NCBI GenBank assembly: GCA_049322915.1
Contig: JBMOPW010000036.1
Coordinates: forward strand, 96,001-160,000
Direction: 5' to 3'
Length of the DNA stretch: 64,000 nucleotides
Origin: Candidatus Zhuqueibacterota bacterium
GTDB lineage: Bacteria; Zhuqueibacterota; Zhuqueibacteria; Thermofontimicrobiales; Thermofontimicrobiaceae
Shown here: one piece after another, positions 56,115-64,000 of the stretch
Numbering within the stretch: the first letter of the stretch is position 1
Layout of the letters: every line of letters starts with the position of its first letter
The notes under the pieces: model-generated
What the model saw: the letters and a program-made list of their open reading frames with translations, nothing else
The model's database searches: none
What the model was told of the DNA's origin: nothing
Made by a program: the position numbers and the translations under genes

Positions 56115-57152
56115 CTACCACGCATATGCCTCCGGCGCCTCTACTCTCGGTCCTGGCCAAATCTCATCCAGTTTTTTCTTGGTTGATACACTCAACTCAA
56201 TTTCCAGCGACCGCAAACTTTCGATCAACGGGTCGACGGTACGCGGCTCCATAATCGGCGCCGTGACCACTGGATTTTTAAACAGCCAGGCCAATGCCAC
56301 ATCCGCCGGCTTTTCACCCAGGGCTTTACAAAGGAGTTCGTAGGCTTCAATTTTGTCTTTCATCTTTTCAATCTTGTCACCCAGCATGGACCGCCGTCCC
56401 TCTTTTGCTTTTATCAATCCGCCAGCCAGTGAGCCTTCACTCAAAGGGCTATAAGGAATCAGTCCCACGCCATATTCACGACAGGCAGGAATCACTTCCA
56501 GTTCTGGAATCCGGGAGTAACGTTTGTATTGCGTCTGTTCCGCTGCCAGTCCTAAAAAGTGTCGGGCATTGGCGGTTTCACAGGCCAGAGCGATATTCCA
56601 ACCGGCAAAATTGCTGCTATCGGTATAAATGACTTTGTCCTGTTGCATCATAACTTCCATAGCCTGCCAGGTCTCTTCCCATTGTGTCGCTTTTTTCATA
56701 TGCAGCGGACAATACAACTTCATTCACGGCAGACTAAACCACGCAATCATACTGGGCAGTATTTCCCCCCGGTCGATGTGATTCATATTGAAGCACATCG
56801 ATAAGATCCGGTTTCAATCGCCGACGACTGTTCTCGACCGATTGCCTGATATGAAATGCCGAAAGTCCGAAATCATTGGGTCCCGTGCCCATGGGGATAT
56901 AAACTTTGGTAGCCAGCACTATTTTTCCCGGAGCGAGCCATTTACCAATAATCTGTTCGGTAATTCCCTCTCCCAATTTTTCGGAAAAACCGTACACATT
57001 CGCCATATCAAAAAAATTGATGCCTGCCTCCACTGCTGCATCTATAATCTGAAAATTATCGGCTTCATTGGACTCCAGCCAAAATTTATAGTACCCAGAC
57101 AAAGCCGGCTGACGATGACCCCTGCGCGTCCTAAAGAGGTGTATTGCATCAT
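56115..57152 (-). pseudogene. Frameshifted aldo/keto reductase
   Basis: MMQYTSLGRAGVIVSRLCLGT.NFG, then GINFFDMANVYG...ATKV, then SSNFAGW...PYSPL..G...APEAYAW lie in different frames. Confidence 0.85.
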
Positions 57153-57174
57153 GATTTCCTTTCGGGGCCGCAGA

Positions 57175-57600
57175 TTATTTTATTTTTATATAATCTCCCT
57201 GCCATTTGAAGGTAATGTATGGCTCAACTTTTAGCCATTTTTCATTAACTTCTGGCCTGTTCCAAATTGTGGCAAAAGCCTCTCCCATTTTGCCTTCCTG
57301 GGGAAAATAATAATTCCTTCGCGCCTCGGTATCAATAGTCGTCACTTCAATATATTTCCCTTTATAATGACCACGATCAGCTTTATAAACCTCCCACCGG
57401 ATACCCGGAAAATTGACATTAAATATTTTGAGAAATTCGTGCATTGATTTTTCAAATGCTTCAGTCTGGGTGCTGTCTTTTAAAGTATACTCGGAAATGG
57501 CTACAACCTCAGGGGAAACCGTTTTCTTTTCCTGGGCAATCAGAGAAGTACTGCCAAATAAAAGATAAGCAATAATGATAAATAAATAAGGTTTATACAT
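57175..57600 (-). CDS. Secreted hypothetical protein
   Basis: Signal peptide (..SLIA|Q); YKADRG..KGKY...R..YFP motif. Confidence 0.7.
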   Translation of the reverse strand: MYKPYLFIIIAYLLFGSTSLIAQEKKTVSPEVVAISEYTLKDSTQTEAFEKSMHEFLKIFNVNFPGIRWEVYKADRGHYKGKYIEVTTIDTEARRNYYFPQEGKMGEAFATIWNRPEVNEKWLKVEPYITFKWQGDYIKIK

Positions 57601-57693
57601 AAAGCCTCAGATTGAATTAATTTAAATAGTGAATGATCAAAAATGGAATTTTAAAACTGCTGATACAACATACTCATTTTCGCAGATAATGTC

Positions 57694-57731
57694 TAACATG
57701 TATGTTGCAATATTTAACAGATATGTTGCAA
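57694..57731. promoter_or_regulatory. Tandem direct repeat with 21-bp period, likely operator of the adjacent hybrid two-component system
   Basis: taacatgtatgttgcaa at 57694 and taacagatatgttgcaa at 57715. Confidence 0.65.
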
Positions 57732-57878
57732 TTGAGAAGAAAATTGGAGTGAATCGTCTCTGTCGCTGTCGCAGACGGAGTCGATGAGTAACAAATTTGA
57801 CAGATTAATTGTGTAGATAGTAATGGGATTGATGGGTTGCAGGTACTTTTTTGAATGTTGACTGTGCCTGGAAGGCGC

Positions 57879-60800
57879 TTAAATATACTCCGATGGATTC
57901 ACCCCGAACTCTTTCCGAAAGCACTGGGAAAAATAGGACAAATGATTGAATCCCACCTCAAACGCAATCTCCGAAATATTGCCATAGCCCTGCTTAAGCA
58001 GACTAGCGGCGCGTCTCAGGCGGATGGAGCGGATAAATTCAGTGGTCGATTGACCGGTCAGGGCATGCAGCTTTCGGTGCAGTTGGGAACGGCTCAAACC
58101 GATTCGGCGGCTGAATTCCTCCGCGCCAAATTCCGGATCGGCTATGTTTTCTTCAATCAGATTAAGTGCGCGTTGCATAAAACGCTCATCGGCCGAAGTG
58201 ACAGCAATTTCATTCCGTTCAACTGATAATTTTTGACTAAACCGCGCCCGTAATTGACGCCGCTGATTGATCAAATTGTTGATGCGCACCTGCAGCTCAT
58301 CCGCATCGAACGGTTTAATGAGGTAATCATCGGCGCCTGTTTCCAGGCCTTCGAGTTTGCTGGCTTTGGTCGCGCGCGCCGTGAGCAGAATGACCGGAAT
58401 GTGACTGGTAATCTCGTCAGTTTTCAGTTTCGCACATAGTTGAAAGCCATCCATTTTGGGCATCATCACGTCACTAATGATGAGGTCTGGGACATGTTTT
58501 TTTGCCTGAACTAATCCTCCTACACCGTCGCCCGCTTCGATGAGTTGATAATGCGGATTCAAAATATCGCCAATATAGGAACGTAAATCGTTGTTATCCT
58601 CCACGATGAGTACAATAGGTTTGTCCTTTACGCGAGACGATTCCGCTGCAGGTGTCGTCGCAGGCGCTCCTTCAGTTGAATCAATAGGAATTTCAGAAAT
58701 AACCGCCGGTACGGTTGCCGTTGCATCAACATTTCCTACTGGCAGCAATACGGTAAAAATACTTCCCACTCCTGGCTCGCTATTCACAAAAATTTCACCG
58801 GAGTGCAATCCTACCAGCTCTTTGGTCAATGCCAGTCCAATCCCACTGCCTTCATGTTCGTGCACGTACGAATCATCTACCTGATAAAACCGGTCAAAAA
58901 TATTGTCCAGGCGATCCGCCGGAATGCCAATCCCTGTGTCACTGACTTTGATTTCAATCCGGGATTCACTGTTCGGCAGAGTATTTGAATTGACACTCAC
59001 CGTGACTTTCCCATCTTTCGGCGTAAACTTCAGCGCATTGGAAATCAGATTGTAAATGATATTCTCCATCTTTTCCCGATCCACCTGCGCCAATAAACAT
59101 GATTCACCGCTTTCGAACAGTAATTGGACTTCTTTCAATTTGGCCTGTGATTCAAAAGACTGGACGTAGTGATTCACCAGCCGCACCAGGTCTTCGGTGG
59201 TGGGATGCAACTCCATTTTGCCTGCCTCGATGCGGGAAAGGTCGAGCAGTTGGTTGATTAATCGATGCAATCGCTGGACATTCCGCCGCATTAGGGAAAA
59301 GTCCCGATGGGCTTCGGTATCGGTAATTTTGGCAATCCACTTTTCCAGCGGCCCTCTAATCAGCGTGATCGGCGTGCGGAATTCGTGGGAAATGTTGGCG
59401 AAGAAACGGGATTTTAACCGATCCATTTCTTTGAGCTGTTCCGCTTCAAATTGCTTCATCTCCAATTGAAAATGCAGCCGGGCGCGGTACTGATTGAACC
59501 TCCACCCGCCATAAATTACTAGGCTAATCAGAATCGTGTAAATCAAATACGCCCCGGTCGTTCGCCAGTACGGTGGCCTGATTTTCAGGCGGACGGTCGC
59601 ACCGGTTTCATTCCAGCGGCCATCGTTATTCGTACCTTTCACTTTAAATCGGTAATTGCCCGGAGATAGGTTGGTGTAGGTCACGAAACTTCGGTTCCCG
59701 GCCTGAACCCAATCCTGTTCAAATCCTTCCATTTGATATGCGTATTGATTCGCAGTCGGATCCACAAAATCCAGCGCGGCAAATTCGAACGAAATAACTT
59801 TTTCGGAATGGGTCAGGGTGATCTCTTCGGTTTCGGCAATGGATTTTTGCAGAAAAAGTGAGCCAATGTTTACTGATTGGTTAAAAATCTGAAAATCAGT
59901 GAATACGATTGGCGGGATGAATGAATTTATCCGAATCTGTTTCGGAAAAAAAGAGACCATGCCATCGACGCCCCCAAAAAACAGTTCACCGGTGCGCGGG
60001 CTTTTGAAAAAAGCGTTTTGGTGAAATTTGTCGAAGACCAGCCCATTACCGCAATGATATCGTTTTTTGATCATTCCTTGTTCGGGATCAAAATGAATAA
60101 GTCCCTGATTGGTGCTGATCCATAAATTCAATTCATGATCTTCCAGAATGCCATAAATGGCGGCATCGATACCGGTGGGATAAAAGGTCCGGGTGGGTAT
60201 GTCGAGTCGAAATAAGCCTGCCTGGCTGCCAATCCAAAACCGGCCAGCCGCATCTTCATAAGCGGCGAGGATACTGTTTTGCAAAAACGAATAATTCGGT
60301 TGGTTCCGATTCAGAAACTGTTCAAACTGGTTGCGTGCGGCATCGTAGCGGTTAATCCCTCCGTCAGTACCAATCCATAACTCTGCGGGATGTTTTGAAT
60401 AAATAAAATTAATGGTGTGACTGCTGATTTTCGTCGAATCCCCTTCTTGCGGGAAGTGCTGCAGCAAACGATTTGATTGGCGCTTAAATTGATACAGACC
60501 ATCTCCCCCAGTGCCAATCCATAAATCGCCCGACGGTTCTTCGAAAATCGCCGTAATTTTATTCTCTGCCAGTGGCTGAAAGAGCGATGGAATTTTTTTA
60601 TAACCAAGACGATTACGGTCGATTTGATAAAGTCCGTAGCCAGTACCTACCCATAACTGCCCGCTCCGATCTTCATATATCGTAACGATATAATTTGTAT
60701 TTGCGTCGATTTTACCATTCAGGTCGATCTTTAGCTGGTGAAATGTATTCATATCCCGTTGAATCCGCGTCAGTCCGTGGTAAGTACCCACCCATAAATT

Positions 60801-62009
60801 ACGTGCTGTATCCTCATAAATTGCCTGTACAATTTTGTGCCCCAGACCATTTACCGTGTATGGGCGGAAGCGCCAGGTTTGAAATTGAGTATGAAACGGA
60901 TTGATTTTATTTAATCCGCCGCCCCAGGTCCCGACCCAGATGTTGCCGCTGCGGTCTTCATAAATTGCCGTTATTGCATTTTGCGATAACGAGGCGTTTT
61001 TTTCCGGATCATTTTTAAAATGAGCCAAAAAATTTTTTCGATCGCTGGCGAGACACAATCCCTCCCCCCAGGTACCGGCCCACAATCTTCCCGAGCGGTC
61101 GATCAGGATGCGATTGACAAAATTACTGCACAGGGAGTTTGGCTCGGACGGATTATTTTGAAATACGCTGTATTTTTGGGTGTGCTGATCCCAATAATTG
61201 ACGCCCCGGCCGGCTGTGCCGAACCAAAGTAGGCCATCCGGCGCGGCCAAGATTTGCCGCACATCGTAGTGGTTTATGCCGAACGGGTGGTTGCTTTGCG
61301 GTGGATAATTTTGGATCTGAACCGTATCCGGATCAAATGGCTTCAGCCAATTTATTTGATTTAAATCAATTCCCAGCAAACCTGTGTTTTCAGTGGCAAT
61401 CCAAAGTACATTTTCTTGATCGATATGCAGATCCCAGAGATGCTGACTTTCCGGGCCATGACTTCTTTTGAGATTCTCTTTGAAATGTACAAATTTTCCG
61501 CTTTCGGGCCGGAAATAATCAAGGCCGGCGCTGCGGGTGGCAATCCAGAGTCCCCCCTGGGGGTCTTCACATATCGCAGCCAGTTTATTATGAATCAAAC
61601 TATGTTTTTCCCGGGGTTTGTTTTGATATCGGATGAATTTTTCCTGCTCCCGATCGAATCGATTCAATCCACCGGCGTGGGTGCAAATCCACAGCCGCTG
61701 CTGGCTATCTTCGAAAAGACAACGGATGTCGTTATCACTAATCGAAGTCGAATCCTGCGGATCATTTCGGAAAATTTTGAAGTGCTTGCCATCATAGCGG
61801 TTAAGTCCATTTTCAGTGCCAATCCATAAAAAACCCTTCGCGTCTTGAACGATACAAAAGACGGTATTGTTGGATAGACCGTGTTCAGTGGTCAATCTTT
61901 CGAATTGGAATTCGGAAGTTGAGTAGCAGGGACTGATGATGAGCATTACCTGAGAAAGAATGAATAACAAGAGCTTTTTATGTAAGTTTATGATTGGCAA
62001 GCATCCCAT
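57879..62009 (-). CDS. Hybrid two-component system (propeller sensor, Y_Y_Y, His kinase, receiver, AraC HTH)
   Basis: LWIGT repeats, YTNLSPGNY.FKV, FFANISHEFRTP, NLISNALKFT, GSGIGLAL, SDVMMP, VGFNHLSYFSQCFRKEFG. Confidence 0.95.
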   Translation of the reverse strand: MGCLPIINLHKKLLLFILSQVMLIISPCYSTSEFQFERLTTEHGLSNNTVFCIVQDAKGFLWIGTENGLNRYDGKHFKIFRNDPQDSTSISDNDIRCLFEDSQQRLWICTHAGGLNRFDREQEKFIRYQNKPREKHSLIHNKLAAICEDPQGGLWIATRSAGLDYFRPESGKFVHFKENLKRSHGPESQHLWDLHIDQENVLWIATENTGLLGIDLNQINWLKPFDPDTVQIQNYPPQSNHPFGINHYDVRQILAAPDGLLWFGTAGRGVNYWDQHTQKYSVFQNNPSEPNSLCSNFVNRILIDRSGRLWAGTWGEGLCLASDRKNFLAHFKNDPEKNASLSQNAITAIYEDRSGNIWVGTWGGGLNKINPFHTQFQTWRFRPYTVNGLGHKIVQAIYEDTARNLWVGTYHGLTRIQRDMNTFHQLKIDLNGKIDANTNYIVTIYEDRSGQLWVGTGYGLYQIDRNRLGYKKIPSLFQPLAENKITAIFEEPSGDLWIGTGGDGLYQFKRQSNRLLQHFPQEGDSTKISSHTINFIYSKHPAELWIGTDGGINRYDAARNQFEQFLNRNQPNYSFLQNSILAAYEDAAGRFWIGSQAGLFRLDIPTRTFYPTGIDAAIYGILEDHELNLWISTNQGLIHFDPEQGMIKKRYHCGNGLVFDKFHQNAFFKSPRTGELFFGGVDGMVSFFPKQIRINSFIPPIVFTDFQIFNQSVNIGSLFLQKSIAETEEITLTHSEKVISFEFAALDFVDPTANQYAYQMEGFEQDWVQAGNRSFVTYTNLSPGNYRFKVKGTNNDGRWNETGATVRLKIRPPYWRTTGAYLIYTILISLVIYGGWRFNQYRARLHFQLEMKQFEAEQLKEMDRLKSRFFANISHEFRTPITLIRGPLEKWIAKITDTEAHRDFSLMRRNVQRLHRLINQLLDLSRIEAGKMELHPTTEDLVRLVNHYVQSFESQAKLKEVQLLFESGESCLLAQVDREKMENIIYNLISNALKFTPKDGKVTVSVNSNTLPNSESRIEIKVSDTGIGIPADRLDNIFDRFYQVDDSYVHEHEGSGIGLALTKELVGLHSGEIFVNSEPGVGSIFTVLLPVGNVDATATVPAVISEIPIDSTEGAPATTPAAESSRVKDKPIVLIVEDNNDLRSYIGDILNPHYQLIEAGDGVGGLVQAKKHVPDLIISDVMMPKMDGFQLCAKLKTDEITSHIPVILLTARATKASKLEGLETGADDYLIKPFDADELQVRINNLINQRRQLRARFSQKLSVERNEIAVTSADERFMQRALNLIEENIADPEFGAEEFSRRIGLSRSQLHRKLHALTGQSTTEFIRSIRLRRAASLLKQGYGNISEIAFEVGFNHLSYFSQCFRKEFGVNPSEYI

Positions 62010-62884
62010 TCCAGTACCTTTGATAGATAGGAAATTTAGATTTCAGGAATTCCAAACTTGAAGGCGTTCAACATTTGACAATACATTGGCAACATTGTAA
62101 AGGCCATTATTTAGCCCCACCCTGAAAGCTGCATGCTCTCTCGGATGCCAATTTAATTAATCATACACGGAAAAGCAAGCAATTTTACTCAATCGAATTT
62201 GATTCGTAAACGAATATCCCCAAAGTGATCTGCCGGAAGGTAAGAATATCGAGCTTATTGTATTGATGTCATTCGTTATTCATCGATGTTGATTCTATTC
62301 TAGATCGGAGAAGAATTGCAGATTCAGGTCAACACTGTTAAAAAAGATGTTATCCGCATCTTTGAATGGTACAATGCATGGTACTCTTCAGTTCAGCTCA
62401 TCGAGGAAAATTTTCGGAAAGTTAAAAATTTTATTTTTGAAGACTTTGAAAGGCAACTGATTATTGAAAAGCAGTAACTGTTGAATATTATTCCCAAAGT
62501 TAATGGCAACGCCCTACGATTCGATCATTTTGGCGCATTTGAAATAGCAAGGAAAAAGCGATTTATCCGAGTGGCGAACAGAGCTTTGAAAGGAAATACC
62601 TAATCCAGATACTGCGCATAAACCGAAAATTACTGATCATTCACACTGGCAAATGTTTATTCAAACGAAATTTACCTTAGCCAAATTTTTTCTGCAACTA
62701 CAATATATACTTTATTGGCTGGTACGATTGGTGCCAAGCTGGTACTTTTGTTCCAATCTCATTGCAGAAAAGATGGGCCGAAAAGTGCCAATCGCTCCGT
62801 CGACTTGGAGGATTGTCTTTCGACAAAGAAAAAAAAGTGTGGTAACCATCTGATTTTTAATCAAATCGTAAGTTGAATTTTTTA

Positions 62885-62899
62885 TGGCACAGTGCTTGC
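62885..62899 (+). promoter_or_regulatory. Sigma54 (-24/-12) promoter
   Basis: TGGCAC-AGTGC-TTGC matches TGGCAC-N5-TTGC. Confidence 0.65.
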
Positions 62900-63132
62900 C
62901 TAACTTCGAGGTGAAAGCGCATCATAAAAGCAAGCGGGAAATCGAAGTGTGAATGGAGTTGATAAAATGAGAACGATACATGTGGTGATAGAAAGAACGC
63001 TAACTGAGGAATTGATCTTTGACTTATCGATAATTCCATTCCTGCTCCTGACGCTGGTCTTGTAAATTCTCAATAAAAAATATGAAGTATAAATGGATGA
63101 GATTTTAACTTAACGAAAATGGAGGTACTGCG

Positions 63133-63528
63133 ATGAAAACGATGAAGAATCTGGTATTGACCGCTGTGTTGGCCCTTGCCCTTGTGAGTTTTGCGGCGGC
63201 ACAAACACAACCTTTGAACGACAAGGAATATGATCAGTATTTGATTAATTCCCTTCAGGATGAAAATGCCGGGATTCGCACCAGTGCAGCCCAGTTGCTG
63301 GGCGAGCGCAAAGTCGAAAATGCTGTTGACCCATTGATTCAGTTGATGAGGTCGGATAAGTGTCACTCAGTCAGAATAATTGCTGCTCTTGCGCTGTATA
63401 AAATTGGAGATAAAAGAGCATTGCCCGATATCAAAAACCTGGCAAAAACGGATACGTATCGATGTGTGAGAGTCGTGGCAACGGGCATTGTGATGAAAAT
63501 GGAGTCGGTTGAATACGCGCAACGGTAG
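63133..63528 (+). CDS. Secreted HEAT-repeat (PBS-lyase-like) protein
   Basis: Signal peptide; L.D.N..IR..AA..LG, VR..AA.AL..IG repeats; RBS GGAGG. Confidence 0.85.
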   Translation: MKTMKNLVLTAVLALALVSFAAAQTQPLNDKEYDQYLINSLQDENAGIRTSAAQLLGERKVENAVDPLIQLMRSDKCHSVRIIAALALYKIGDKRALPDIKNLAKTDTYRCVRVVATGIVMKMESVEYAQR

Positions 63529-63549
63529 CAAATTTGGTGAAAGGTGTGG

Positions 63550-63588
63550 AAAAAAAGCATCGGGCTCATGGCTCGGTGCTTTTTTTTT
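63550..63588. terminator. Bidirectional rho-independent terminator
   Basis: A run-gcatcgggc..gctcggtgc-T run between convergent genes. Confidence 0.75.
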
Positions 63589-63705
63589 GGCCTGTTTAGC
63601 TTTTTGGGGGGGACAGATTCTTGCAATGGACATGCGCATCCCGAACGATTAAATCTGAGTCCTTCGTCATCGGTTGAGATGTCTGTTTGTTGATAGGCGC
63701 GAGAT

Positions 63706-64000
63706 TCACCGAAGGCTGAACGTCGGATCGAGGGACACGGCATCAGCCAGATCGACGAGTTGCGATGGGCCGGCAATTTTGCCGCGAATAATTTCAAGAT
63801 TCAGATTCAGGCTTTGAATTGCCTCCACGACCTGGTTTTCGTACACTTTATCGGTGAGCAAAACCATTGTTGGCCCTGTGTCCGTTGAAAAATAGACCGG
63901 GATGCCTTTCGAACGCAGGTCATTGCACATTCGGAAAAGAATGATATTCTCCGGCTCCCAGGCAAATATTTTGTTTTCGCGGCTGCCGGACATGGTGATT
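63706..64000 (-). CDS. Diphosphomevalonate decarboxylase-like GHMP protein, 3' part; gene starts beyond the window
   Basis: LRSKGIPVYFSTDTGPT resembles the MVD C-terminal motif (..YFT.DAGPN). Confidence 0.7.
   Translation of the reverse strand, partial: ITMSGSRENKIFAWEPENIILFRMCNDLRSKGIPVYFSTDTGPTMVLLTDKVYENQVVEAIQSLNLNLEIIRGKIAGPSQLVDLADAVSLDPTFSLR

Noticed and set aside
62230..62605. Protein-like reading frame interrupted by stops (possible pseudogene)
   Set aside because: No identifiable family or start; cannot be supported without a search

Overview
Chromosomal window from an anaerobic Gram-negative bacterium, probably of an FCB-affiliated lineage such as KSB1/Calditrichota (inferred from QNYPNPFNP-type C-terminal domains, a hybrid two-component system and general gene style; not verified). 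It has five blocks. (1) 0.7-20.4 kb: a large flavin/Fe-S electron-transfer cluster with a receiver-NuoE fusion, NuoF, a short NuoG-like subunit, five HdrA-type genes, two MvhD and one HdrD-like protein. Two genes (an HdrA and an MvhD) are probable selenoproteins that the ORF track truncates at in-frame TGA codons. Three unrelated genes interrupt the cluster. (2) 20.8-35.0 kb: housekeeping yceD-rpmF-plsX-fabH-fabD-fabG-acpP-fabF-rnc-acyl-CoA dehydrogenase, then ffh-rpsP-khpA-rimM-trmD-rplS and a CAT-anticodon tRNA. (3) 35.4-46.3 kb: an atypical synthase-dependent exopolysaccharide locus (KaiC/RAD55-like ATPase, TPR/beta-barrel protein, GT2 synthase, small membrane partner, deacetylase-like protein, FN3 protein, convergent GH9). 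(4) 46.8-53.4 kb: the best candidate for an undescribed system, a four-gene minus-strand unit with a 791-aa acidic-leader/cationic-amphipathic-helix protein, an overlapping HEXXH zinc-peptidase-like gene, an unknown 367-aa protein and an acidic-leader protein with a putative Cys-His-Asp hydrolase domain. (5) 53.5-64 kb: secreted proteins, an aldo/keto reductase pseudogene, a hybrid two-component system with a likely operator, a HEAT-repeat protein behind a sigma54-type promoter, and the end of a diphosphomevalonate decarboxylase-like gene. All calls come from reading motifs by eye; no database searches were run.
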